Shown: piece after piece, positions 48,801 through 57,710 of the stretch
Position numbering within the stretch: the first letter of the stretch is position 1
How the letters are laid out: every line of letters starts with the position of its first letter
Assembly: GCA_963422755.1 (NCBI GenBank)
Contig: OY730488.1
DNA length: 64,000 nt
DNA from: Dehalococcoidia bacterium
Lineage (GTDB): Bacteria; Chloroflexota; Dehalococcoidia; Bin125
Strand: one strand, 5' to 3'
Notes under the pieces: generated by a model
Database searches by the model: none
What the model was told of the DNA's origin: nothing
The model's input: the letters and a program-made list of their open reading frames with translations, nothing else
Translations under genes and position numbers: made by a program

Positions 48801-49199
48801 ACCAGCCAAGACGGGGAGTCCCCGCTCGGCGGCGAGCAAACGGGCCCGCACCTTGTCACCAAACAGCGCCAAGGCCTCGGGTGTGGGACCGACGAACGTA
48901 ATTCCCGCTGCCGCGCAAGCGCGCGCGAAGTCTGCGTTCTCGGACAGGAAACCGTAGCCAGGGTGGATGGCGTCACAACCGTGATCGAGCGCAAGCTCGA
49001 TGATTTGCGGCGCATCGAGATACGCCGCCGGTCCAATGCCATCGAGCGCGATCACAGTCTCGGCGCGCTGGATGTGCTCTGAGGCAGCGTCATCGGACGA
49101 GTGTATGGCGGCGGTCGCCAAGCCGAGCTCCTCGGCGGTTCGCAAGATACGAACAGCGATCTCGCCGCGATTCGCGACCAGCAGCCGTTGCATCGTCAC
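45804..49199 (-). CDS. Single-chain biotin-dependent acyl-CoA carboxylase (BC-BCCP-CT fusion)
   Basis: LLVANRGEIA, HPGYGFLSEN, GGGGRG, RLQVEH, AMKME biotin site, CT motifs DTPG and IDPAETR. Confidence 0.92.
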   Translation of the reverse strand: MTMQRLLVANRGEIAVRILRTAEELGLATAAIHSSDDAASEHIQRAETVIALDGIGPAAYLDAPQIIELALDHGCDAIHPGYGFLSENADFARACAAAGITFVGPTPEALALFGDKVRARLLAAERGLPVLAGTDEAVDLDGARAFFHALGGQPMLIKAVAGGGGRGMRAVQRADMIDDEFARCAREAQAAFGDGSLFVEQFIPRARHIEVQIVADQHGAVAHIGERECTIQRRYQKLVEIAPSPTLSEGLRRRITDAAVAVASAGGYTNLGTFEFLVDADAPDDLFFIEANARLQVEHTVTEEVTGIDLVECQLRIAEGASLAELGLDKPPMLRGFAIQTRVNLERMRPDGDVRPAAGAMRSFRPPSGPGVRVDTYGYAGYAVNPNFDSLIAKVIARHPSERFADVVRRSQRALDEFQLDGPESNLGFLANILRHPDFVAGDVHTRWVDEHVSELAAAVDTTADAAQSAWAGAKVENQVSDPLAALDFFRQGAGAASLDVNRGLEADRAGSPVPEIIGPPGTEPLRAPIQGTIIEILADEEDTVALGQDIIVMNAMKMEHVLTADVGGIVREITVSVGDIIWEGHPLAFIEPAEVGATAASGSDEVDLDYIRPDLQHNIDLHEMILDHHRPAAVERRRGKGRRTARENIAQLVEGGTWNEYMPLAVAAQRRVRSWDELREKTPADGLICGLGTVNADLFDNSAASTAIISYDETVLAGTQGLRGHEKTDRMIETAHRLLTPLIFIAEGAGGRSGDTDAAYTRVAARNVRTFERLAELSGRVPMISITAGRCFAGNASMLGMCDIIIATEGSNIAMGGPAVIDGGGLGLFLPEELGPMSQQVPNGVVDIFVQDEAEAMAAAKQYLSYFQGRVADWSCPDQRQLRHVIPENRLRTYDVREVIRLLADDDSVLELRPEFGIGVVTTLIRVAGRPVGVIANNNMHLGGAVDSPGADKLARFAQICDCWNIPVLTLVDTPGMMVGPEVEKTGLVRHCHRVFVSLANMSTPRMTLTLRKCYGLGGLAMIAGSTEAGLFNLAWPTAEYGGMNLEAGVKLGARAQLEQIEDLAERTRVYEQMVADAYERGNAYNAATVLESDDVIDPAETRQWIVRMLDAAPNPDPIREGRRPYIDSW

Positions 49200-50296
49200 C
49201 GGCCAGCCGACGCGACGGCGTCGGCGATCAACTCACCCAGCGCTTCGGTGCCGAGCGCGTCCTCACCATCATCGGCGAGGTCGGCCGAACGGTGGCCAGC
49301 GGCGAGGATACGCGTCACGGCGTCCTCAATCGCGGCAGCCTCATCCTCTCGGCCCAGCGAGTACCGAAGCATCAGGGCGGCGCTGAGAATCATCGCCATC
49401 GGATTGGCGATTCCCTGTCCGGCGATGTCCGGCGCCGTGCCGTGGATTGGCTCGTAGAGACCGAGCGTGGAGCCGTCTGCGGCGGCGCCCAGCGAGGCCG
49501 AGGGCAGCATCCCCATCGAGCCCGCCAGCATCGATGCCTCGTCGGTCAGGATGTCGCCGAACATGTTCTCGGTCACAATCACGTCGAAGTAGGACGGATG
49601 ACGAATCAGATCCATCGCGCAGGCATCGACCAGGCGGTGTTCGAGGGTGACGTCTGGGTAGTCGCGGGCGATCTCTTCGGTGATTTCGCGCCACATCCGC
49701 GAGGTATCGAGGATGTTCGCTTTATCGACCGAAGTCAGCAGTTTGCGGCGTCCGCGCGCCGTCTCGAACCCCAGTCGGACGATGCGCTCCACCTCATACT
49801 CGGAGTACGCGAGGGTGTCTACAGCCTGGCGCTGACCGTCCTCCTCCCAACGCCGCTGCGGCTCGCCGAAATAGATACCGCCGGTCAGCTCGCGCAGCAC
49901 GACCATGTCGACCGCTTCGACGGTCTCGCGCTTGAGCGGGGTTGCGTCAGCGAGGATCGGCAGCATCTTGACCGGCCGAATATTGGCGAACAGGCCTAAA
50001 CCCTTGCGCAAGCCGAGAATTGCCTGTTCCGGCCGCACCGACGCCTTCGGGTCATCCCATTTCGGCCCGCCCACGGCGCCGAACAGGACGGCGTCCTGTG
50101 CTTGACACATGGCGAGTGTCTCGTCGCGCAGCGCGACACCGTGCGCGTCAATCGACGCGCCACCGACGAGGTCTTCGCTGTACTCGAAGGAGTGGTCGAA
50201 GCGACCGCCTACGGCGTCGAGCACCCGAACGGCCTGCTCAATGACCTCGCCGCCAATCCCGTCACCGGGGAGAAGGGCAATCCTGAAATGGGCCAT
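49196..50296 (-). CDS. leuB: 3-isopropylmalate dehydrogenase
   Basis: LPGDGIG, AVGGPKW, RELTGGIYFG, VDKAN, NMFGDILTD, EPIHGTAPDIAG. Confidence 0.97.
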   Translation of the reverse strand: MAHFRIALLPGDGIGGEVIEQAVRVLDAVGGRFDHSFEYSEDLVGGASIDAHGVALRDETLAMCQAQDAVLFGAVGGPKWDDPKASVRPEQAILGLRKGLGLFANIRPVKMLPILADATPLKRETVEAVDMVVLRELTGGIYFGEPQRRWEEDGQRQAVDTLAYSEYEVERIVRLGFETARGRRKLLTSVDKANILDTSRMWREITEEIARDYPDVTLEHRLVDACAMDLIRHPSYFDVIVTENMFGDILTDEASMLAGSMGMLPSASLGAAADGSTLGLYEPIHGTAPDIAGQGIANPMAMILSAALMLRYSLGREDEAAAIEDAVTRILAAGHRSADLADDGEDALGTEALGELIADAVASAGR

Positions 50297-50362
50297 GCAG
50301 TGCTCGTCCTCTTGCTAGTCGTCGTCGTTGGAGCGCTCATCCTGAGCGCGCTCGGCGGAAAC

Positions 50363-50524
50363 TCAACAACCTGGGTCGCCGTAGTTGCCACAACAGTTGT
50401 CGCGTGCCCGCAGTTTAGTCCAGGCATTGCTGACAAATCCGCGAGCAGCCTGCAGCGGATTGTCTGCGCTGCGCAGGTTGGCGAGCACATCGCCCAGCGA
50501 TGGGGTGGGATGGTCTGACATCAT
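50363..50524 (-). CDS. Small Cys-tailed protein (53 aa)
   Basis: MMSDHP...RARDNCCGNYGDPGC; GGAG RBS upstream. Confidence 0.55.
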   Translation of the reverse strand: MMSDHPTPSLGDVLANLRSADNPLQAARGFVSNAWTKLRARDNCCGNYGDPGC

Positions 50525-50549
50525 CGTCTCCAGTGCTCTGAGACAGCTT

Positions 50550-50655
50550 AAACGACGAAGCGGGCCGGAGCCCGCCTCGCAACGTGGTGGATAATTGCCC
50601 ACAAGGGGCTCACCTTGTTGTTGACGCCCGTAGGCACCGCCAACCATTCCCTAGC
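50550..50655 (-). ncRNA. tracrRNA (predicted)
   Basis: Minus strand AGGGAATGGTTGGC is complementary to the crRNA repeat, then CGTCAACAAC lower stem, AAGG nexus-like element and terminal hairpin CGAGGCGGGC-TCCG-GCCCGCTTCG. Confidence 0.82.
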
Positions 50656-50659
50656 TGGT

Positions 50660-50688
50660 ATTGTGAAGGGCTGCCCATTGTTTGTCAA
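50660..50688 (-). promoter_or_regulatory. Sigma70-type promoter for tracrRNA
   Basis: TTGACA (50688-50683), 17 nt, CACAAT (50665-50660), 7 nt before the anti-repeat. Confidence 0.75.
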
Positions 50689-50734
50689 TAGCGTGGACAC
50701 TAGTGCGCCGCACAGCGGCTGAACAGGAGGAGCG

Positions 50735-53700
50735 ATGCTGCGACTGGGACTCGACCTCGGAACGAACAGTATCGGCTGGGCGCTGTACCGGCTTGATGCG
50801 GAGGCAGAACCGGTGGAGCTGGTGGACGGCGGCGTGCTGATCCACTCCGACGGACGTAATCCACAGAACCAGTCGTCGAACGCGAAAGAGCGGCGCGAGA
50901 AGCGTGGTCCGCGACGCAACCGTGACCGAACGCTGCGTCGGCGCAAGCGGGTCGCGCGCAAATTGCACGAGCTGGGGCTGCTGCCGACTTCCCAGCGCGA
51001 GCGCACCGACAGCCGCAATCTCGACCCGATGCGTCTGCGGGCGGAGGCGCTGGATCGGCCGCTCGAACCGCACGAACTCGGGCGCGTATTGCTGAGCTTC
51101 GTTGACCGCCGCGGCTTCAAGAGCAACCGCAAGGCTGACGGCGGTGAGGATGGTCAGATCCGTCAGGACGCGAAGAAGCTCCGAATGCGTATGCAGCAGT
51201 CGGGCGCTCGCAGCCTGGGAGAGTTTCTCTGGAAGCGGCGGCGACGCGGCAAAACGATCCGAGCGCGGCTGGGCAACGGCCTCTACCCCGATCGCTCGAT
51301 GATCGAAGAAGAGCTGCAGCTGATCCGCGACAAGCAGGGCGCGCATCATCCCAGAATCAGTGAGGAGAACTGGGATCAGCTCATCGGCACGTTGCTGTAC
51401 CAGCGCCCGCTGCGACCGGTTGAACGTGGCTGGTGCACGCTGATCAAGAACGAGCGGCGCATCTACAAAGCCGATCCGCTTTTTCAGCTCTTCCGCATCT
51501 GGCAGGAGGTGTTGAACCTCGAATACACGCCGCCCCGTGAGAGCAACAAATCCCTAGACAAGCGGCAGCGATGGCTCATCGTCAACAAGCTGCTGGAGAC
51601 GAAGGCGCAGACCTTCGACCAGCTGGACGCGCTGATCGGATTGCCTGAGGGCTCGCGCTTCAACCTCCACACGACCGCCCGCGAGAGGCTGGACGGTGAC
51701 CTGACAGCAGCGGCGCTGGGAGCGAAGAACCGTTTCGGCAAACTGGGCTGGAAGAACCTCAGCCTCGACCGCCAGCAGGAGGTGGTTGATCGTCTGCTCA
51801 ATGATGAGAATCACGAACAACTCATCGAGTGGCTGCGGACTGAGTACCACCTGAACGATGAGGCTGCGGAAGCGGTCGCCACGGCGCGCCTGCCGCAGGG
51901 CACGGGGCATCTCTCGCAGGCCGCGATCGAGAAGCTCCTGCCCTACATGAGCGAAGATGGGGCACCTTATCACCATGCGGTACAGGCCGCTGGGCTGGGA
52001 CACCATTCCGACATCCATGGCGATGGACAGGCTGCGCGGCTTCCGTACTACGGAGAGGTGCTGGCCCGCGATGTCGTCGGCGCGCGGCCAGACGGGCGTA
52101 CCGAGGCGGAGATCCACGGCCGGATCGGCAACCCGACCGTGCATATCGCGCTAGGACAGACGCGGCGTCTGTTCAACGCGATTGTCGACGAGTACGGCAA
52201 ACCAGACGAGGTCGTGGTCGAACTGGCCCGCGAACTGAAGCAGAGCCCTAAGGAGCGGGATCAGTACGAACGGACCATCCGCGAACGTCGACAGCGCAAC
52301 GAGGAGCTGCGGGAGCTTGCGAGCAAGGCGGGCGACGCCGAGCCGACAGGGCACGACATGCGCAAGCTGCGGTTGTGGGCGGAGCAGGGCGAGATCAACG
52401 CACGCGTCTGCCCCTTCTCGGGCGAGACGCTCTCGATTGGGCGCGTGCTGTCGGATGAGACGGAGATCGAGCACATCCTGCCTTATAGCCGCACGCTCGA
52501 CGACAGCATGGCCAACACGGTTCTTGCAACCCGCGCCGCCAACCGCGCGAAGGGCGCGCGCACGCCGTATGAGGCCTGGGGCGGCGACTCCCAGCGCTAT
52601 CAGGCAATCCTGGCCCGCGCCGATCAGCTGCCGCCCAATAAGCGCTGGCGCTTTCAGCCCGACGCGATGAAGAGGTTCCAGGACCAGGATGAGTTCCTCG
52701 CCCGCCAACTGAACGACACCCGCTACCTGTCCCGCGCCGTCAAGCAGTACCTCGAGGCTGCGGTCGCGCCAAATCGCATCTGGGTCACCCCCGGCCGACT
52801 CACAGCGATGCTGCGCGTCGCCTGGGGCTTGAACAGCCTGATCGGCGAGGGCGATAACAAAGACCGCAACGACCATCGCCATCACCTGATTGACGCGGCG
52901 GTCGTCGGCATGACCTCGCGCTCGTTGTTGCAGCGCGTGTCGCGCGAGAGCGCGCTCCAGGTGGATCAGCTTGGCGAACGCGTGGCCAAATCCGTGGACG
53001 ACCCCTGGGACACCTTCCGGCGGGACGTGCAGGCGTTGGTCGAGCGGGTCGTTGTGCGGCACCGTCCCAAGCACTTCGACGTGCTGCGCGCAAAGCCTCA
53101 GCGCCAGCGGATCGGCCGAGATGTGACCAGCGGCAGCCTGCACAACGAGACCGCCTACGGTCCGATATTTGACGCCGACGGCGAACTCCAACGCGACCCG
53201 CGAGGCAACGTCCTGCTGGTCGAGACGAAGCCGCTGGCAGCGCTGGACAAGAGGAAGAAGCTCGAAGACATCCGCGACGCTGCCCTGCGCGAGCGGTTGA
53301 CTGCGATCTGGGATCGGGTCGAGGCGGAGGCGGCTGAGGGCAAGCTCTCGGAGCGCTTCGCCGAGAGGGCGTGGGCTGAGCTCCACGTACGTCGTATCCG
53401 CGTCTACGTTCGCCTGGGTGAAGACAGCCTCGCGTTCATACGTAACCGGGATGGCCAGATCTACAAGGCCTACAAGACCCACGGCAACGCCTACATGGAC
53501 GTCTGGCTCCTGCCTAACGGCAAGACACGCGGCGAAACGGTCACGCGCTTCAATGCGCATCAGCCCGACTTCCGCTCACGGGTCAAGGCCGAACACCCGA
53601 CCGCGAAGAAGCTGATGCGCCTGCAGATCAATGACATGATCGCCGTCGGCGAGGGCGCCGAGCGCCGCATCATGCGCGTCCTGAAACTCTCCGGGCAGGA

Positions 53701-53872
53701 GATCGCGTGGGTTGAATCCACCGCTGGTGGACCAGCGAAAGAGCTTGAAGCGTACCGCAAGTCCGCTGGCCAGGTGCTCCAGATGGGCTTGCGTAAAGTC
53801 TCTGTCGACATTCTCGGTCGGGTCGCCGACGGCGGTCCGTTCGACCACAGCGGGAGAGGCAGGAGTCGCTGA
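50735..53872 (+). CDS. cas9: Type II-C CRISPR endonuclease Cas9 (1045 aa)
   Basis: RuvC-I LGLDLGTNSIGW, Arg-rich bridge helix, RRGFKSNRK, RuvC-II VELARE, HNH EIEHILPYSRTLDDS..N..N..K, RuvC-III HHLIDA. Confidence 0.97.
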   Translation: MLRLGLDLGTNSIGWALYRLDAEAEPVELVDGGVLIHSDGRNPQNQSSNAKERREKRGPRRNRDRTLRRRKRVARKLHELGLLPTSQRERTDSRNLDPMRLRAEALDRPLEPHELGRVLLSFVDRRGFKSNRKADGGEDGQIRQDAKKLRMRMQQSGARSLGEFLWKRRRRGKTIRARLGNGLYPDRSMIEEELQLIRDKQGAHHPRISEENWDQLIGTLLYQRPLRPVERGWCTLIKNERRIYKADPLFQLFRIWQEVLNLEYTPPRESNKSLDKRQRWLIVNKLLETKAQTFDQLDALIGLPEGSRFNLHTTARERLDGDLTAAALGAKNRFGKLGWKNLSLDRQQEVVDRLLNDENHEQLIEWLRTEYHLNDEAAEAVATARLPQGTGHLSQAAIEKLLPYMSEDGAPYHHAVQAAGLGHHSDIHGDGQAARLPYYGEVLARDVVGARPDGRTEAEIHGRIGNPTVHIALGQTRRLFNAIVDEYGKPDEVVVELARELKQSPKERDQYERTIRERRQRNEELRELASKAGDAEPTGHDMRKLRLWAEQGEINARVCPFSGETLSIGRVLSDETEIEHILPYSRTLDDSMANTVLATRAANRAKGARTPYEAWGGDSQRYQAILARADQLPPNKRWRFQPDAMKRFQDQDEFLARQLNDTRYLSRAVKQYLEAAVAPNRIWVTPGRLTAMLRVAWGLNSLIGEGDNKDRNDHRHHLIDAAVVGMTSRSLLQRVSRESALQVDQLGERVAKSVDDPWDTFRRDVQALVERVVVRHRPKHFDVLRAKPQRQRIGRDVTSGSLHNETAYGPIFDADGELQRDPRGNVLLVETKPLAALDKRKKLEDIRDAALRERLTAIWDRVEAEAAEGKLSERFAERAWAELHVRRIRVYVRLGEDSLAFIRNRDGQIYKAYKTHGNAYMDVWLLPNGKTRGETVTRFNAHQPDFRSRVKAEHPTAKKLMRLQINDMIAVGEGAERRIMRVLKLSGQEIAWVESTAGGPAKELEAYRKSAGQVLQMGLRKVSVDILGRVADGGPFDHSGRGRSR

Positions 53873-54784
53873 ATGGAACGTCGCGTCGTCGACATCGCCG
53901 AAGGTGAGCTGCACCTCTCCAAACGACGCGGCTCACTCGTCGCCGCGCACCAGTCCGCTGCGGCGGAGGTTGAGGAGACACTGCTGCCGTTCGACGAGAT
54001 CGAATCAATCATCGTCCACACGCCCCGCGCCAGCTACTCCAATGCCGCTCTGGTGGAGCTCGCCGAGCGCGGCATCCCACTGGTCTGCTGCGACACCAGC
54101 CACTCACCCGTCGCATGGCTCTGGCCGGCAAAGGGCCACTATGAACAAACCCGGCGGATGGCGGCGCAGGCAGAGCTGGCCGACGATCTGCGCGCCGCAC
54201 TCTGGCAGCGGATCGTACGCGCCAAAATCCTGGCGCAAGCCGAGCTGCTCCAGGCGACCGGAGCCAATCCGCGACCACTCTACCCAATGGCTGAGCAGAT
54301 TAAACCGGGCGACCCGTCCAACCTCGAGGCGCAGGCCGCGCGACACTACTGGAAATCTCTGTTCGACGACGATTTCCGCCGCGGCGTCCGCGGTCGCTCC
54401 CCGAACGGCCTGCTCAACTACGGCTACGCCGTGCTGCGAGCGAGCGTCGCTCGCCAAATCTGCGCGGCTGGACTGCACCCGTCGATCGGCCTGCACCACA
54501 GCAACCGCTTCAACGCCTTCTGCCTGGCCGACGATCTGATGGAGCCGTTCCGACCAATCGTCGACCGCGCCGTGGTCGACCTCTGGGAAGATGGCTCGGA
54601 TGAGGTGAACGAGCAGACAAAACCGGCGCTGGTCGGCATATTAGCCGAGGCAAAACCCACGGACCGCGGCACCACACCGCTCAGCCGCTGCATCGAGTGG
54701 GCCGCGCAGTCCCTGGCGCAGTCAATCCTTGAAGGGTGCGAGCGATTACGGCTGCCCTTGCTCGACGCGCCGAACACGGCGTGA
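53873..54784 (+). CDS. cas1: CRISPR-associated endonuclease Cas1
   Basis: EAQAARHYW, NGLLNYGYAVLR, GLHH, LADDLMEPFRP. Confidence 0.97.
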   Translation: MERRVVDIAEGELHLSKRRGSLVAAHQSAAAEVEETLLPFDEIESIIVHTPRASYSNAALVELAERGIPLVCCDTSHSPVAWLWPAKGHYEQTRRMAAQAELADDLRAALWQRIVRAKILAQAELLQATGANPRPLYPMAEQIKPGDPSNLEAQAARHYWKSLFDDDFRRGVRGRSPNGLLNYGYAVLRASVARQICAAGLHPSIGLHHSNRFNAFCLADDLMEPFRPIVDRAVVDLWEDGSDEVNEQTKPALVGILAEAKPTDRGTTPLSRCIEWAAQSLAQSILEGCERLRLPLLDAPNTA

Positions 54785-55113
54785 GTGCATACAGCGGATA
54801 CCGCTTCATGTGGATGGTGGTGATGTTTGATCTGCCGGTGCTCAGCAAACCTCAGCGCAAGCGAGCGGCCAAGTTCCGCCACGATCTGCTCGATCTGGGC
54901 TTCCAGATGGCCCAGTTCTCGGTCTACATGAAGTTCTGCGGCCAGCGCGAAGCGGCCGAGGCGCTGGCCAAGCGGGTCGAGGGGCTGGTACCGTCGCAGG
55001 GCAAGGTCAGCATTCTCACGGTGACGGACAAGCAATATGGCCGCATGCGAACCTTTCACGGAGGCGGGCGACAGCCCCAGGAGCCAAAGCGGGGCCAGCT
55101 GGTCCTGCTCTGA
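54781..55113 (+). CDS. cas2: CRISPR-associated protein Cas2
   Basis: SGYRFMWMVVMFDLP, MAQFSVY, TDKQY; GTG overlaps cas1 stop; no csn2/cas4, consistent with II-C. Confidence 0.95.
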   Translation: MSAYSGYRFMWMVVMFDLPVLSKPQRKRAAKFRHDLLDLGFQMAQFSVYMKFCGQREAAEALAKRVEGLVPSQGKVSILTVTDKQYGRMRTFHGGGRQPQEPKRGQLVLL

Positions 55114-55152
55114 ACGGCGCTCGGGCTGCGGCTTGGCGGGTTCCTGCTATCT

Positions 55153-56900
55153 AGTTTAGCAGGTCAGGGAATGGTTGGCCGCCAAAACCTTGCAGGCGTG
55201 GCAGGCTCGCGCGATGGGCAGTTTAGCAGGTCAGGGAATGGTTGGCCGCCAAAACCTAGGGCGGTTAGACATTGGCTGCGAGACCAGTTTAGCAGGTCAG
55301 GGAATGGTTGGCCGCCAAAACCTGCCTGTTCTGCGGCTCATAGCACAACCGAGTTTAGCAGGTCAGGGAATGGTTGGCCGCCAAAACCTAGGGCGGTTGA
55401 CATTGGCTGCGAGACCAGTTTAGCAGGTCAGGGAATGGTTGGCCGCCAAAACAGAGCCGTACCAGGTCGCCGCGCAGCAAGAAGTTTAGCAGGTCAGGGA
55501 ATGGTTGGCCGCCAAAACAGCTGAGGATTGCTGCTAGGCAGTTGGCGGAGTTTAGCAGGTCAGGGAATGGTTGGCCGCCAAAACACGCTATGGTCGACTT
55601 CGACCAGTGGATGGAGTTTAGCAGGTCAGGGAATGGTTGGCCGCCAAAACCAGCAGACGCCGGTAATCGCGCTCAGCTCGCAGTTTAGCAGGTCAGGGAA
55701 TGGTTGGCCGCCAAAACGGATGGTGCATGGCAGGCGATTCTGGATATAGTTTAGCAGGTCAGGGAATGGTTGGCCGCCAAAACTTCCGTGATCAACCAGG
55801 CCGCCCAGACAGAGTTTAGCAGGTCAGGGAATGGTTGGCCGCCAAAACCAGCAACGACGGGTAGGAGCAAGGCATATGAGTTTAGCAGGTCAGGGAATGG
55901 TTGGCCGCCAAAACGCCGAGCGCCTGGAGAAGCTGATCGGCAAGAGTTTAGCAGGTCAGGGAATGGTTGGCCGCCAAAACAAATCCAGCAGCTCCTCCGT
56001 CAGCGCGAACAGTTTAGCAGGTCAGGGAATGGTTGGCCGCCAAAACCGACATCGATGTGTACCTGATCAACCCCGAGTTTAGCAGGTCAGGGAATGGTTG
56101 GCCGCCAAAACACGTGAAACAGATCGCAGCGGGCGGATTACAGTTTAGCAGGTCAGGGAATGGTTGGCCGCCAAAACACGACCGCGTAGCCGCTGAGAAT
56201 CCAGTAGAGTTTAGCAGGTCAGGGAATGGTTGGCCGCCAAAACTACGGGTTGGCGATCGGGCGAGCCCTCATAGTTTAGCAGGTCAGGGAATGGTTGGCC
56301 GCCAAAACACCCGCTTGGGGAAGCAGAGCAAGGCAACTAGTTTAGCAGGTCAGGGAATGGTTGGCCGCCAAAACGATGACAGCTGCAACCTGATGTCGAT
56401 GCCTAGTTTAGCAGGTCAGGGAATGGTTGGCCGCCAAAACCAACGTCCAGAACGTGCTCGCGTCCAAGCAGTTTAGCAGGTCAGGGAATGGTTGGCCGCC
56501 AAAACCGACCGACACTCGACGCGTCCAGACCTCATAGTTTAGCAGGTCAGGGAATGGTTGGCCGCCAAAACTTACATCCCCGTCTACTGTTACGTTGCCG
56601 TAGTTTAGCAGGTCAGGGAATGGTTGGCCGCCAAAACGCCGTCATCGCCGAACGTGACTTCGCCGACAGTTTAGCAGGTCAGGGAATGGTTGGCCGCCAA
56701 AACACTGCGGCTGCCACTAACGGAACATCCGCCAGTTTAGCAGGTCAGGGAATGGTTGGCCGCCAAAACGACCTCGACATCGAGGCCGAGGCTCGCTTCA
56801 GTTTAGCAGGTCAGGGAATGGTTGGCCGCCAAAACCACTCGCACTTGGACGCCTACGGACTCATAGTTTAGCAGGTCAGGGAATGGTTGGCCGCCAAAAC
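55153..56900 (-). CRISPR. Type II-C CRISPR array: 27 identical 36-bp repeats, 26 spacers of 29-31 bp
   Basis: + strand repeat AGTTTAGCAGGTCAGGGAATGGTTGGCCGCCAAAAC; reverse complement starts GTTTT and ends TGCTAAACT (extended -10), so crRNA sense is inferred to be minus. Confidence 0.98.
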
Positions 56901-56909
56901 TACAGTGGA

Positions 56910-57500
56910 TCAGACGGTAGTTGGCTTGAGCGCAGGGCGGTTCGATTCATAATCGGAGATCAGATTGCTGTGCTCCAGGGTGAGAGAAATGTCGTCAAGC
57001 CCGTTCAGCAGCCGATGCTTGACGAACGGCGCGATCTCGAATGAGCGCCGCCAGCCGCCCGGGGCGGTTACCGTTTGATCTTCCAGGCTGACCATGATCG
57101 GCGTGCTGGATTCCGACTCAACCAGGCGCATCAATTCTTCAACGTCTGGCTGCGCGAGCTGGATCGTGAGCAGACCCATCTTGGCTGAATTGTTTCGGAA
57201 GATGTCGGCGAAGCTCGGGGCGATCACTGCTCGGACGCCCATCCCCTGGATCGCCCAGACGGCGTGCTCGCGCGAGGAGCCGCAGCCGAAGTTGGGGCCC
57301 GCCAGCAGGATGCTCGCGCCCTGATATTGCGGCTGGTTCGTGACAAAGTCAGGATCTTGCGCCCAAGCCTCGAACGCGAACGGCCCGTACCCGCTGCGCT
57401 CGATCCGCTTGAGGTACTTGGCGGGAATGATCTGATCAGTATCGACATCAGCGCGGTCGAGCGGCAACCCGCTACCGCTAAAGGTCGTGACGGGCTCCAT
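56910..57500 (-). CDS. leuD: 3-isopropylmalate dehydratase small subunit
   Basis: DVDTDQIIP, NFGCGSSREHA, SFADIF, LLNGLDDI. Confidence 0.97.
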   Translation of the reverse strand: MEPVTTFSGSGLPLDRADVDTDQIIPAKYLKRIERSGYGPFAFEAWAQDPDFVTNQPQYQGASILLAGPNFGCGSSREHAVWAIQGMGVRAVIAPSFADIFRNNSAKMGLLTIQLAQPDVEELMRLVESESSTPIMVSLEDQTVTAPGGWRRSFEIAPFVKHRLLNGLDDISLTLEHSNLISDYESNRPALKPTTV

Positions 57501-57710
57501 GTGTTGACCTCCCAGTCTGTGAGCAGGTTCGATGCCGAGCAGGATGGATGTGTGTCCCGCTAGGCTACCGCACAACGGAGCAACGGAAGCGCGAATCAAG
57601 CCCCCGATGTGACGGCGCAACCTGAGCCGTTCGCGCTAACCTCCACAATCTGGAAGAGTATGGCGAGATGTCTCGAAGGCGAGCCGGCGGGGCGTGTCAG
57701 CGGCGTGCGA

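Noticed and set aside
55189-56864. Self-targeting spacers
   Set aside because: No match to this window noticed by eye; not exhaustive, needs an alignment.
55171-56871. ORFs inside the CRISPR array
   Set aside because: Translations of repeats and spacers.
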